From Bacilli bacterium (GTDB taxonomy: Bacteria; Bacillota_I; Bacilli_A; ML615J-28; CAG-698), in the NCBI GenBank assembly GCA_050953065.1, contig JBMNLZ010000001.1, positions 96,001 to 160,000 on the forward strand: DNA of 64,000 nucleotides. The letters run 5' to 3'. The notes under the pieces were generated by a model. The model did not search any database. It was not told the DNA's origin and worked only from the letters and a program-made list of their open reading frames with translations. The position numbers and the translations under genes are program-made. Shown in pieces: positions 47,246 through 58,227 of this stretch; the first letter of the stretch is position 1, and every line of letters starts with the position of its first letter.

Positions 47246-48879
47246 TAATATTTTTAAGTGTTAAAAACTTAGCCATTATAGAAAACTTAGAAATTGATTT
47301 TAAAGATAAAATGACCGTTCTTACTGGAGAAACTGGTACAGGAAAAACATTAATAATTGATGCGATAAGTTACCTTTTTGGCGAAAAAACTTCTAAAGAT
47401 ATAATCCGTACCGGCGAAGAAAAAGCTGAAATTGAAGGAATTTTTACTAATAATTCTAAATTGCTTGAAGATAAATTAAAATCTTTAGGTGTTGAAATAG
47501 ATGACCAGATAATTGTTAGAAGAGAAGTTTCTAACAATTATAAAAATATCTGTAGAATTAATGGTGTTTCAATCAGTTTAAATAAATTAACTGAAATTGC
47601 TGAATACTTTGGTGATATTCATCAACAAAATGATACTTTGAAATTGATAAATCCTAAAAATTATTTAGAGTTTATCGATTCTAATATTGATAATCAAATA
47701 TTCAATGAATATCAAAATATGTTTGCTTTGTTGAAAGATAAAAAAATAGAGTTGCAAACTTTAATCGATAGACAAAAACAATTTAGTGAACAAGAAGATT
47801 TTTTAAGATATCAGTTGATGGAGTTAGAAAATTCTAAATTAAATGTTAAAGAAGAAGAAGAACTTTTAGAAAAAATTAAAAGAGTTAATAATTCAGAAAA
47901 AATCAATATAATAGTTAATGATTTCAAATCAATCTACAATAACGATGAAATTTTAGATAAACTTTACCTTTCAATCGAGTATTTGAAAAGTTTAGAAAAA
48001 TTTCTTCCAAAAATTAAAAATGATATAGTTGATTTAGAAGATTGCTATTATCGTATAGAAGATATTATTTCTAGAATTAAAAATACTAACATTGATATTG
48101 TAGATAACAATGAAATTAACTTTATAAATGAAAGATTATATATTTACAGTAATTTGCAAAAAAAATATAAAAGAAAAACAGTAGAACTGGTTGAACTAAA
48201 GGAAGAATTATTAGCAAAAGTAAACAGTTTAGAAAATTTTGACTTTGATTTAAAAGAAAAAGAGAAAGAAATTTTAATTATAGAATCAAAAGTTAAAAAA
48301 ATAGCTGATTTGATTAGTGAAAAACGTAAAGCAGTAGCTTTAGAGATTGAAGAAACTACTAATTCTCATTTGAAAGAACTTCATTTAAATAATACTTTAT
48401 TTAAAATTAGTTTTGAAAAAACTTCAATTACTAAAACTGGATGTGATATAGTTGATTTCCTTGTTTCTTTTAACAAAGGTGAAGAATTAAAACAACTATC
48501 TAAAGTTGCTTCTGGTGGAGAATTATCTAGATTTATGTTGGCCTTAAAAACTTCAATTAATTCAAAATTAAATTCACAACTTTTTATTTTTGATGAAATT
48601 GATCAAGGAGTAAGTGGTGTTGTAGCTCAAAGTATAGCACTTAAACTTAAGACCATTTCTAAAGATAATCAAGTTTTATGTATTTCACATTTACCACAAG
48701 TCGCAGCGATTGCTGACAATCATTTAAAAATAAATAAAGAAATAAAAGACAATAGAACGATTACAACAATTAAATATTTATCTTTTGACGAAAGAGTATA
48801 TGAAATAGCCAGTATGATTTCCAAAAATAAAGTTACAGAAAGTAGTATTGCTTTAGCAAAAGAATTATTAAAAAAATAA
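47242..48879 (+). CDS. recN: DNA repair protein RecN
   Basis: TGETGTGKT, ASGGELSR, FDEIDQGVSG, SHLPQVAA. Confidence 0.96.
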   Translation: MIIFLSVKNLAIIENLEIDFKDKMTVLTGETGTGKTLIIDAISYLFGEKTSKDIIRTGEEKAEIEGIFTNNSKLLEDKLKSLGVEIDDQIIVRREVSNNYKNICRINGVSISLNKLTEIAEYFGDIHQQNDTLKLINPKNYLEFIDSNIDNQIFNEYQNMFALLKDKKIELQTLIDRQKQFSEQEDFLRYQLMELENSKLNVKEEEELLEKIKRVNNSEKINIIVNDFKSIYNNDEILDKLYLSIEYLKSLEKFLPKIKNDIVDLEDCYYRIEDIISRIKNTNIDIVDNNEINFINERLYIYSNLQKKYKRKTVELVELKEELLAKVNSLENFDFDLKEKEKEILIIESKVKKIADLISEKRKAVALEIEETTNSHLKELHLNNTLFKISFEKTSITKTGCDIVDFLVSFNKGEELKQLSKVASGGELSRFMLALKTSINSKLNSQLFIFDEIDQGVSGVVAQSIALKLKTISKDNQVLCISHLPQVAAIADNHLKINKEIKDNRTITTIKYLSFDERVYEIASMISKNKVTESSIALAKELLKK

Positions 48880-48911
48880 AATTTAAGAAATTCTTAAATT
48901 TTATTTTTTTA
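48869..48911 (+). terminator. AT-rich palindrome/terminator after recN
   Basis: 21-bp arms TAAAAAAATAAAATTTAAGAA / TTCTTAAATTTTATTTTTTTA around a single A. Confidence 0.6.
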
Positions 48912-48928
48912 TGTATTATGATTGTTTG

Positions 48929-48957
48929 TTGCATTTTTTATAAAAATTTGGTAAAAT
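48929..48957 (+). promoter_or_regulatory. promoter of mutSL operon
   Basis: TTGCAT-17 nt-TAAAAT with TG extension. Confidence 0.65.
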
Positions 48958-48978
48958 TGTATAGTATTAGGTGATATT

Positions 48979-51549
48979 ATGTATGAAAAAATAGACAAAA
49001 TGCAATATACTCCAATGATGAGACAATATTTAGAAATCAAAGAACAATATAAAGATACTTTAATTTTTTTTAGGTTAGGTGATTTCTATGAAATGTTTTT
49101 TAATGATGCTATATTAGCTTCAAAAGAACTTGAAATAGTATTAACTGGAAGAGATGCAGGAGCTAGCGAAAGAGTTCCTATGTGTGGCGTTCCATATCAT
49201 AGTGTAGATTCATATATAGATAAATTGACAGAAAAAGGATATAAAATTGCCATCGTAGAACAAGTAGAAAACCCCAAAGAAGCTGTGGGAATAGTTAAAA
49301 GGGAAGTAGTTAGAATAATTACACCTGGAACTGTTATGTCAGGTGCTAATTTTGATGAGAAAAGCAATGTTTTTATTGCTTCAATTTCTATAGAAAAAGA
49401 AAAATATATTTTATGTTATGCAGATTTATCAACGGGTGAAACACATCTAATGAATTTACCTCTTAATGAAGAATTACTACAAACTGAAATTATTAAATTA
49501 AATATAAAAGAATTAGTAGTTTCTGAAGATTTCAATTACATATATTTACCTTATTTAAAAAACATGCTAGCTATTACCATATCCTATGAAACAAATGATT
49601 CTATTATTGATTACTTGAAGAACTTATCTGAAGGATTAGATAAAGATGAAGAAAAAACTTTTTACAGACTATTAAATTATTTAATTAAAACTCAAAAAAG
49701 AGTGCTGTTACATTTACAAAAAGTTAACAAAATTTCTAGTGCTAATTTTTTAAAAATTGATTTTTCATCAAGAAGAAATCTAGAATTACTTGAAACTTTA
49801 AGATTTCAAAATAAGAAAAACACTCTATTAACTGTTTTAGATAAGTGCCAAACAGCAATGGGAAGTAGATATTTAAAACAATCAATTATGTTTCCATTAG
49901 TTTCTATTGATGAAATTAATCAAAGGTATGATGTAATTGATATTTTTAAGAAAAATTTCATTGAAACTTTAGAGATTCGAGATTTACTATCATCAATTTA
50001 TGATCTTGAAAGAATTAGTGGTAAGATTGCTTATGAAAGTGCAAATCCAAGAGATTTGATACAATTAAAAAAATCACTTGAAGTTTTACCTAAAATTATT
50101 CAGTTGATTAATAAATTAAAAATTAGAAAGTTTTCTAAAATAAATAATTATCAAAACACTGTATCCACTATATATAATCTTTTGAATACATCAATATCAG
50201 AGGATGCACCAATTTCTTTGAAAGATGGGAATATAATTAAAAGTGGATTTAATCCAGAATTAGATGAATTAAAAAAAATTAGCTTTGAAAGCAAAGAATA
50301 TTTAGTAACTTTAGAAAATAAAGAACGTCAAAAAACAGGTATAAAAAATTTAAAAGTTGGTTATAATAGAGTCTTTGGTTATTACATTGAAATTTCTAAA
50401 GGAAATGCTCAAAATGTAAAAAAAGAGTTTGGATATATTAGAAAACAAACATTAAGTAATGCTGAAAGATATATTACAGAGGAATTAAAAGAAAAGGAAT
50501 CAATGATATTAAGAGCTGAAGAAAAAATGCTTGAATTAGAATACAAAGTTTTTTCTAATGTTAGAAATCAATGTAAGTTATATATCAATGATTTTCAAAA
50601 TTTATCTAAAATAGTTTCTGAAATTGATATGATGCAATCATTTACTAAAGTAAGTAATGAAAATAATTATACAAGACCATCTTTAAATACTGATAATGTG
50701 ATTGATATAAAAGAAGGTAGGCACCCTGTAATTGAAAAATTTCTAACTGAAGCTAAATTTAAACCAAACGATTTAATAATGAATCAAAATGATTCAATTT
50801 TGTTGATTACAGGTCCAAATATGAGTGGAAAATCTACTTATATGAGACAGATTGCTTTAATATCAATAATGGCACAAATCGGTTGTTTTGTAAGTGCTAA
50901 AAAAGCCAATATTCCTATTTTTGATCAAATATTTACACGAATAGGAGCTGCTGATGACATAGTGGGTGGTCAATCAACTTTTATGGTGGAAATGAGTGAA
51001 GTGAATAACGCATTAAAATATGCTACTCAAAACAGTTTGATACTGTTTGATGAAATAGGTAGAGGAACTGCGACTTACGATGGTATAGCACTTGCACAAG
51101 CTATTATTGAATTTATTCATGAAAAAATAAAATGCAAAACTTTGTTCTCTACACATTATCATGAAATTACGGTTTTAGAGAATGATTTAGAAAATCTTAA
51201 AAATGTCCATGTTTCAATCCATGAAGAGAAAGGCGAAATAATTTTTGTTCACAAAGTTTTAGACGGACCTGCAGATAAAAGTTATGGTATTAATGTCGCT
51301 AAATTAGCTAAACTTCCAATAGAAGTAACGTTAAGAGCTAATGACCTACTTAATAAATTGGAAGATACTACTAGTTTTAATCATAAAAAGTTTTCTATAA
51401 AAAATTATCAACAACCTTTAATTTATGATTCTACCACTGAAATAGAATCAGAAATTTTAAATGAAATAAAAACCCTTGATTTAAACCACATTAATCCACT
51501 TGATGCATTAAACAAATTATCTGAACTACAGAAAAAAATAAGAAAATGA
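48979..51549 (+). CDS. mutS: DNA mismatch repair protein MutS
   Basis: TPMMRQY, GDFYEMF, TGPNMSGKSTYMRQ, DEIGRGT. Confidence 0.98.
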   Translation: MYEKIDKMQYTPMMRQYLEIKEQYKDTLIFFRLGDFYEMFFNDAILASKELEIVLTGRDAGASERVPMCGVPYHSVDSYIDKLTEKGYKIAIVEQVENPKEAVGIVKREVVRIITPGTVMSGANFDEKSNVFIASISIEKEKYILCYADLSTGETHLMNLPLNEELLQTEIIKLNIKELVVSEDFNYIYLPYLKNMLAITISYETNDSIIDYLKNLSEGLDKDEEKTFYRLLNYLIKTQKRVLLHLQKVNKISSANFLKIDFSSRRNLELLETLRFQNKKNTLLTVLDKCQTAMGSRYLKQSIMFPLVSIDEINQRYDVIDIFKKNFIETLEIRDLLSSIYDLERISGKIAYESANPRDLIQLKKSLEVLPKIIQLINKLKIRKFSKINNYQNTVSTIYNLLNTSISEDAPISLKDGNIIKSGFNPELDELKKISFESKEYLVTLENKERQKTGIKNLKVGYNRVFGYYIEISKGNAQNVKKEFGYIRKQTLSNAERYITEELKEKESMILRAEEKMLELEYKVFSNVRNQCKLYINDFQNLSKIVSEIDMMQSFTKVSNENNYTRPSLNTDNVIDIKEGRHPVIEKFLTEAKFKPNDLIMNQNDSILLITGPNMSGKSTYMRQIALISIMAQIGCFVSAKKANIPIFDQIFTRIGAADDIVGGQSTFMVEMSEVNNALKYATQNSLILFDEIGRGTATYDGIALAQAIIEFIHEKIKCKTLFSTHYHEITVLENDLENLKNVHVSIHEEKGEIIFVHKVLDGPADKSYGINVAKLAKLPIEVTLRANDLLNKLEDTTSFNHKKFSIKNYQQPLIYDSTTEIESEILNEIKTLDLNHINPLDALNKLSELQKKIRK

Positions 51550-51556
51550 GGAAAAT

Positions 51557-53350
51557 ATGGCTAAAATTCATAAATTAGATCAACATATGACAAATTTAAT
51601 TGCAGCTGGAGAAGTTATTGAAAGAGCATCTTCCGTTGTGAAAGAATTGGTTGAAAATTCAATAGATGCTGAAGCTAAAAATATCACCGTTTCTTTAACT
51701 GATTCTGGAATTAAAGAAATAATAGTTTCAGATGATGGTATAGGAATGGATTTTGAAGATGCTAAATTATCTATTCAACCACATGCAACTAGCAAGATTA
51801 AAGAAGCGAGAGATTTAAATGCTATAAAATCACTTGGTTTTAGAGGTGAAGCTTTGCCAAGCATTGTTTCTATATCTAATTTTAATTTAAAAACAAGTAC
51901 TGACGGTATAAAAGGACATATATTTTCTTATAAAGGGGGGAACTTTGTTTCTGAAGGAATAATATCACATCCAAAAGGCACAGAAATTAGTGTTAAAAAT
52001 TTATTTTTTAATACCCCTGCGAGACTTCAAAATATTCAATCATTAAGTGTTGAATTAAGTTATATAGTTGATTTTATAAATAAAATAGCTCTAGCTAATC
52101 CTGAAATTGCTTTTAAATTAACTAATAATGATAAAACTATTATACAAACTAATGGAAATGGTAAAATATTAGAAGTTATTTCAAATATATATGGATATGA
52201 AATTGCTAAAAACATGCTTGATATTTTTGATGCCGATGGTTATTTTAGAGTTTATGGATTTACTTCAAATTTAGATATAACAAGATCTAATAGATCTCAA
52301 ATAAATATTCTAGTTAATAATAGAAATGTTAGAAATTTCTCAGTTATAAATGCTGTTGTAAATGGATATGAAGATAAATTGATGAAGGGCAGATATCCTA
52401 TTTCTGTAATTAAAATCGAAGTTGACCCTTCTTTAGTTGATGTAAATATTCATCCTACCAAAGCAGAAGTTAGATTTACTGATGAAGCCAAATTGCTAGA
52501 ATTAATTAAAACAGCTATAAAAAGAGCCTTAAATAGAGTTAGTTTAATTATTGATAAAAGTACTGATAATGAATCAAAAATCGATCTGAAACAAGATAAT
52601 AACACAACCCAAGAAGAAATATTTCAAGAAGAAGAATTGAAATATATTTCTGATTTAAAAAAAGAAGAAAAACAAGAACCAGTAATAGTTACTGAAAAAG
52701 AAACTGAAAACTTCAAATTTCTACAAGAAGAAATTACTTTATATAATCATGATATTGAAGAAAAGTCAAAAATACCAAAAATGTATTATATAGGTCAGCT
52801 TTTTGGAACATATATTTTAGCACAAAACGAAGAAATTTTTTATTTGATTGATCAACATGCAGCAATGGAAAGAATTAATTATGAAAAAATCATCTTTGAA
52901 ATGAGTAAAGAAAAATTAATGACACAAGAACTAATGGTTCCAATTAAAATTGATTTTAGTTTGAGCGAAGAAATTTTAATAGAAAATAAAATAAATGATC
53001 TTAACGACCTAGGTATAGAGATTGAAAATTTTGGAAGTGGTTCTTTTTTAGTTAGACAAATTCCAACATGGATTATAAAAAATCATGAAAAAGAATTTGT
53101 AGAAGAAATTATTAATAATTTAATAAATAATAGAAAAAAAACTAAAATTGAATTTATTGAATTTATTGCTAAATCTCTTGCGTGTAAAGAATCTTTAAAA
53201 GCTAACACCTATATTAATGCCTCAGAAGTAGAAGCATTACTTAATCAACTTGGAAAATGTGATAATCCAAATACATGTCCACACGGAAGACCTATTATTA
53301 TAAGTTTAAATCAAAAAGAAATAGAAAAATGGTTTAAAAGAATTGTATGA
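51557..53350 (+). CDS. mutL: DNA mismatch repair endonuclease MutL
   Basis: IAAGEVIER, GFRGEAL, DQHAAMERINYE, CPHGRP. Confidence 0.98.
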   Translation: MAKIHKLDQHMTNLIAAGEVIERASSVVKELVENSIDAEAKNITVSLTDSGIKEIIVSDDGIGMDFEDAKLSIQPHATSKIKEARDLNAIKSLGFRGEALPSIVSISNFNLKTSTDGIKGHIFSYKGGNFVSEGIISHPKGTEISVKNLFFNTPARLQNIQSLSVELSYIVDFINKIALANPEIAFKLTNNDKTIIQTNGNGKILEVISNIYGYEIAKNMLDIFDADGYFRVYGFTSNLDITRSNRSQINILVNNRNVRNFSVINAVVNGYEDKLMKGRYPISVIKIEVDPSLVDVNIHPTKAEVRFTDEAKLLELIKTAIKRALNRVSLIIDKSTDNESKIDLKQDNNTTQEEIFQEEELKYISDLKKEEKQEPVIVTEKETENFKFLQEEITLYNHDIEEKSKIPKMYYIGQLFGTYILAQNEEIFYLIDQHAAMERINYEKIIFEMSKEKLMTQELMVPIKIDFSLSEEILIENKINDLNDLGIEIENFGSGSFLVRQIPTWIIKNHEKEFVEEIINNLINNRKKTKIEFIEFIAKSLACKESLKANTYINASEVEALLNQLGKCDNPNTCPHGRPIIISLNQKEIEKWFKRIV

Positions 53351-54237
53351 AAGTAATAGTTATAACAGGTCCTACGGGAATTGGTAAAACTGAAATATCA
53401 ATTCAAGTAGCGAAAAGATTGAATGGCATTATTATAAATGCAGATGCATCTCAGTTTAAAAAAGATTTAAATATAGGGACTGCAAAAATAAACAAGGAAG
53501 AGCGATTAAAAGTTAAACATGAAATGTTAGATTTTCTAGATATAGATAAAAAATTCAGTATTTATAATTACCAAAAAAAGGTTCGCCCCTTAATTAAAGA
53601 ATGTTTTAAAAAACAAATTTTTCCAATTTTAGTTGGTGGTTCAGGATTGTATATAAAATCTACTCTTTTTGATTATAAATTAACTGCTGAATCTAGAGAT
53701 CATGATTTTGAAAAAAAATATTTAGGATTTTCTAATCAAGAATTGTATGATATCTTAACAAAACTAGATAAACTATCAAGTGAAAGAATTCATCCAAACA
53801 ATAGGCGAAGGGTACTAAGAGCACTAGAAATCTCTGAAGGCGAAAATAAACAAAATCAAAGAAAAAATGAACCTAAAATTTTGTATGAAACCATCTTCAT
53901 AAATTTAACTACCGATAGAGCAAATTTATATACAAGAATTAATCAAAGATTTGAAAAAATGATTTCGAATGGTTGGATAGAAGAAGTAAAAACATTAAAA
54001 GAAAAAAAAGTTAATTTTAATAATATAACAGAAATAGGTTACAAGGAGTTAAATGATTATTTAGACGGAAATTTAAATTATGATGATTGTGCAAACATTA
54101 TCAAACAAAAAACAAGGAATTATGCAAAAAGACAAATTACATGGATAAAAAATCAATTTGCTTGTGAAAACATTGAAGTAAATTATGATGATTTAGAAGA
54201 AACTGTTTTAAAGATTATTAATATTATAAAAAAATGA
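53347..54237 (+). CDS. miaA: tRNA dimethylallyltransferase
   Basis: GPTGIGKT, IGTAK, VGGSGLY, IHPNNRRRVLRALE, YAKRQITW. Confidence 0.96.
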   Translation: MKVIVITGPTGIGKTEISIQVAKRLNGIIINADASQFKKDLNIGTAKINKEERLKVKHEMLDFLDIDKKFSIYNYQKKVRPLIKECFKKQIFPILVGGSGLYIKSTLFDYKLTAESRDHDFEKKYLGFSNQELYDILTKLDKLSSERIHPNNRRRVLRALEISEGENKQNQRKNEPKILYETIFINLTTDRANLYTRINQRFEKMISNGWIEEVKTLKEKKVNFNNITEIGYKELNDYLDGNLNYDDCANIIKQKTRNYAKRQITWIKNQFACENIEVNYDDLEETVLKIINIIKK

Positions 54238-54253
54238 TAGAAAGTGTGTAAAA

Positions 54254-54775
54254 ATGCCAAGAATAGATATTATTAGTTATAAACATAACGGAGAACTCCA
54301 TAGAGTTTGGAAAAATGCTTTTAAGTTTTTTGAAGATGCTGAAAAAATTATTGTTTTAAATAATAAAGTAGAAGTTATAGATGGAGATGGTAGAAAATGG
54401 AAAACACGAGAACCAGCCATTTGCTTTTTTTATAAAAAACTATGGTTCAACGTTATTTGTATGATAAAAAATAATACTAATGAAATTTATTATTATTGCA
54501 ATTTAAGTTCACCTTTCGTTGAAGATATAGAGGGGGTAAAATATATAGACTATGATCTAGACGTAAAGCTTTATCCTAATGGTGATGTTGTTGTTCTTGA
54601 TCGTGATGAATATGAATTTAATATAGTTGATTTAAATTATCCTACAGAAATTTCAGAAATTATTGAAAAAACTTTAACAATAGTTTTAGAAAAAATCAAA
54701 AAAAAAGAGGAACCTTTTAATAATGAAAAAGTTCTAAAATGGTATGAAAAATATCAAAATGGAGTTAAATTATGA
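54254..54775 (+). CDS. DUF402 (YgaC-like) nucleoside tri/diphosphate phosphatase
   Basis: SYKHNGELHRVW, WKTREPA, YYCNLSSP, YIDYDLDVK. Confidence 0.9.
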   Translation: MPRIDIISYKHNGELHRVWKNAFKFFEDAEKIIVLNNKVEVIDGDGRKWKTREPAICFFYKKLWFNVICMIKNNTNEIYYYCNLSSPFVEDIEGVKYIDYDLDVKLYPNGDVVVLDRDEYEFNIVDLNYPTEISEIIEKTLTIVLEKIKKKEEPFNNEKVLKWYEKYQNGVKL

Positions 54776-55881
54776 AAAGTGAAAAAATTTTAGAATTATC
54801 ACGACTAATTGTTAATTACTCAATTAAGATGAAAGAAAATGAAAATGTATTGATTAAAGCTGATATTGACAGTATCCCTTTAGTAAAAGCACTTATAAAA
54901 ACAATTCACTCAAATAAAGGAATCCCTTATGTTCAACTTAGAGATGAGGATATTATTAGAGAGCTTATGATAGATGCTAAAGAACAATACTTTGATAAAC
55001 TGTCATTATGGAATGAAACGATTAATAAAAGTATTGATTCATGCATTAGTATATATGCTGAAAAAAATGATAGTTATTTAGAAGATGTTTCAATAGAAAT
55101 TAAAAAAATGGCAGCTGTAAAATTAAGAAAATCTTCTGATATAATAATTGATCAAAAAAAATGGGTTTTGCTAAATTATCCAACATATGGACTTGCTCAA
55201 AAAGCTAATATGAGTTATGATAGATTTTTTAATTATCTTTTAGATGTTTGTACAGTTAATTATGAAGAAATGGAAAAAAACTTACAGCCACTAAAAGAAT
55301 TAATGGAAAAAACTGACAAAGTTAGAATTGTTGGTGATGAAACAGATTTAACTTTTTCCATTAAAGGAATTCCAGCCATTATTTGTGCAGGAACTGCAAA
55401 TCTACCAGATGGTGAGATATATACCGCTCCCATAAAAACTTCGGTTAATGGCACTATAAAATACAATACGACTAGTTCCTATCAAGGTGTAGTATTCAAA
55501 AACATAAAATTAAAATTTGAAAATGGAAAAATTATAGAAGCAACTGCCGACAATAATGTTGATAAATTAAATCAAATATTAGATACTGATGAAGGAGCTA
55601 GATATATCGGAGAATTTGCTTTAGGTGTAAATCCTTTAATTTTCCATCCAATGGGTGATATCTTATTTGATGAAAAAATAGCAGGCAGTCTACATTTTAC
55701 ACCAGGGCAATGTTATAAGGGTGAAGCAGAAAATGGAAATGATTCATCAATTCATTGGGATTTAGTTTTAATCCAACGACCTGAGTACGGTGGTGGTGAG
55801 ATATATTTTGATGAGGTTTTAATTAGAAAAAACGGTATATTTTTAGATGATAAATTAAAAAAATTAAACTTCAAGCAATAA
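54772..55881 (+). CDS. M29 family aminopeptidase
   Basis: NLPDGEIYTAP, IGEFALG, LFDEKIAGSLH, SSIHWD. Confidence 0.92.
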   Translation: MKSEKILELSRLIVNYSIKMKENENVLIKADIDSIPLVKALIKTIHSNKGIPYVQLRDEDIIRELMIDAKEQYFDKLSLWNETINKSIDSCISIYAEKNDSYLEDVSIEIKKMAAVKLRKSSDIIIDQKKWVLLNYPTYGLAQKANMSYDRFFNYLLDVCTVNYEEMEKNLQPLKELMEKTDKVRIVGDETDLTFSIKGIPAIICAGTANLPDGEIYTAPIKTSVNGTIKYNTTSSYQGVVFKNIKLKFENGKIIEATADNNVDKLNQILDTDEGARYIGEFALGVNPLIFHPMGDILFDEKIAGSLHFTPGQCYKGEAENGNDSSIHWDLVLIQRPEYGGGEIYFDEVLIRKNGIFLDDKLKKLNFKQ

Positions 55882-55956
55882 ATTGCTTGAATAAATACAT
55901 TTTTTGTGTATAATATGTTATGTAGATAAACAATTTAGAAATAGAGGTGTTGTTTT

Positions 55957-57327
55957 TTGGTCCCACTCACGATAATGATTAATGCAATAATATTAAATAG
56001 TTTGCTTGCTAATGTTCCTTTTTTTATTGCAATAATATTTTTATTAATTTTATCCGCATTCTTTTCCGCTAATGAAACAGCTTATTCTAGTGTTAATATC
56101 ATAAGAATAAAAAAATATCAAGAAGATAAAGTTAAAGGCGCTAATAAAGCGGTTTATATCGCTGAAAAATTTGATTTAACTTTGACTACAATTTTGGTTG
56201 CTAATAATATCGTAAATATTAGTGCTGCGACTATTTCTACTATTATATTTAGCAATTTAATAGTTAATCCAACTATTTCAAATATATTAAGTACTTTAGT
56301 CATGACTTTTATAGTACTTATTTTCGGAGAAATTTTACCTAAATCAACAACAAAATGGAATCCAGAAAAAGTAGTTTTAAGATACTCAGGAATTATGTAT
56401 TTTTTTATTAAATTCATGTTTCCAATAACATTTTTTTTCTTAAAATTAAGTAAAGTGTTATCATCTTCAAAAAAGAAACCAACTAATCCAATGGTTACTG
56501 AAAACGAACTAGAATCAATCATAGATGTTATGGAAACTGAAGGAGTGATTGATGAAGAGGATGCAGATTTAATTCAAAGTGCTATTTCATTAAATACTAG
56601 ATCTGTATATGATATTATGACACCAAGAGTTGATATGGTGGCTATAAATATCAAGGATCCAATCGAAAAAATAAAAGAAACTTTCTTTAAATATCAATTT
56701 TCAAGAGTTCCTGTTTACGAAAATGATAAAGATAATATAGTAGGAGTATTAAGCGAAAGAGAATTTTTTACATATTTATTGAAAAACAAACAAATAAAAT
56801 TGTCTGAGTTGCTTGTTTCTCCATTATTTGTTTTAGAAACTACCAAAGTAGATGACCTAATTCGTGAAATGCAAAAACAAAAGAAACATTTTGCTATAGT
56901 ACTTGATGAATATGGTGGTACTAGTGGTATTGTAACAATGGAAGATGCTTTAGAAGAACTTGTTGGTGAAATTTACGATGAATATGATGATGAAGAAGAT
57001 GGCGAAAAAATTACGGAGATTGAACCAAATAAATACTTAATCTCTAGTGAAACTTCATTAGAAGAAATATTTGAAGATTTGAAAGTTGGAAAGATTCCTG
57101 ATGCAAAATATACGAATGTAGGCGGATTTTTATATGAAATTTCTGATGAGGTTCCTTATGAGGGAAAAGTTATAAAATATATTTCTTCTTATGAAGAACA
57201 TGACATAGAAAACCCTGTATATAAAGAATATGAGCTTATTTTTACTATTTCCAAAGTTGATCATCGTAGAATTAGAACAATTTTATTAGAAGTAGTTGAG
57301 TTAAAAAAAGACGAATCAATAGAATAA
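55957..57327 (+). CDS. hemolysin/CorC-CNNM family membrane protein (CBS domains)
   Basis: SAFFSANETA, FGEILPK, IMTPRVD, FSRVPVY, DEYGGTSGIVTMED; TTG start after SD GAGGTG. Confidence 0.92.
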   Translation: MVPLTIMINAIILNSLLANVPFFIAIIFLLILSAFFSANETAYSSVNIIRIKKYQEDKVKGANKAVYIAEKFDLTLTTILVANNIVNISAATISTIIFSNLIVNPTISNILSTLVMTFIVLIFGEILPKSTTKWNPEKVVLRYSGIMYFFIKFMFPITFFFLKLSKVLSSSKKKPTNPMVTENELESIIDVMETEGVIDEEDADLIQSAISLNTRSVYDIMTPRVDMVAINIKDPIEKIKETFFKYQFSRVPVYENDKDNIVGVLSEREFFTYLLKNKQIKLSELLVSPLFVLETTKVDDLIREMQKQKKHFAIVLDEYGGTSGIVTMEDALEELVGEIYDEYDDEEDGEKITEIEPNKYLISSETSLEEIFEDLKVGKIPDAKYTNVGGFLYEISDEVPYEGKVIKYISSYEEHDIENPVYKEYELIFTISKVDHRRIRTILLEVVELKKDESIE

Positions 57328-57331
57328 ATCA

Positions 57332-57364
57332 AAAGCACCTAGATTTAATCTAGGTGCTTTCTTT
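57332..57364 (+). terminator. intrinsic terminator
   Basis: AAAGCACCTAGATT-T-AATCTAGGTGCTTT then CTTT. Confidence 0.85.
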
Positions 57365-57424
57365 AAGTAATAATAATTGTTTTTTTACTTTGATTATGGT
57401 AAAATATTTTAGGAATGGTGAAAA

Positions 57425-58144
57425 ATGGAACGATTACAAAAAGTTATTGCTCAAGCAGGGATTGCTTCGCGAAGAAAAGCAGAAGAATTAATAGCTTCTA
57501 ATCGAGTAAAAGTTAATGATGTAATAGTAAATACTATGGGATATAAAGTTTCAAAGACTGATGTTGTCAAAGTAGATGATATAGTTATTGAAAAACAAAC
57601 TTTGAAGTATTATGTTTTAAATAAACCTAGATATATTATTTCATCAACTACCGATGATAAAAACAGGGATACTATAATTTCGTTTCTACCAAAAGAATTA
57701 CAACAATATAATTTGTTTCCAGTAGGAAGGTTAGACTATGATACAAAAGGAGTTATTATCCTTACAAACGATGGTGAATTAGCAAATTTATTAATTGGAC
57801 CAACATCATTTGTTGAAAAAGAATATTTAGTTAGAGTAGATGGTATACCTAATAAAGAAACGCTAAGAAAACTTGCAACAGGAGTTAACATAGATGGTTA
57901 TACTACTAGAAAATGCAAAGTAAAAATAAATTCAATTGATAGCACAAATAATTCTAGTTTAATTAATATTGTTATAAGTGAGGGAAAATACCATCAAATC
58001 AAAAGAATGTTTGAATCTGTAGGACATAAAGTTAAAAGATTAAGTAGGATTAGATTTGGTTGTGTAAAAATCAATAATTTAAAAGAAGGCGAAGTAAGAG
58101 AATTAACTTTTCATGAAGTTAAGCAACTTTATTCATTAAAATAA
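57425..58144 (+). CDS. rluB: rRNA pseudouridine synthase (RluB/RsuA family)
   Basis: ERLQKVIAQAGIASRR S4 domain, PVGRLDYDT, EGKYHQIKRM. Confidence 0.88.
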   Translation: MERLQKVIAQAGIASRRKAEELIASNRVKVNDVIVNTMGYKVSKTDVVKVDDIVIEKQTLKYYVLNKPRYIISSTTDDKNRDTIISFLPKELQQYNLFPVGRLDYDTKGVIILTNDGELANLLIGPTSFVEKEYLVRVDGIPNKETLRKLATGVNIDGYTTRKCKVKINSIDSTNNSSLINIVISEGKYHQIKRMFESVGHKVKRLSRIRFGCVKINNLKEGEVRELTFHEVKQLYSLK

Positions 58145-58173
58145 TAATAAATAATAAGTTAATCAAATTAATA

Positions 58174-58202
58174 TTGAAGTTTTTTTATATTTATGATATA
58201 AT
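58174..58202 (+). promoter_or_regulatory. promoter of cmk-S1/der/gpsA operon
   Basis: TTGAAG-17 nt-TATAAT with TG extension. Confidence 0.7.
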
Positions 58203-58227
58203 TATAGAGTATTTTTGAGGTGATTAC

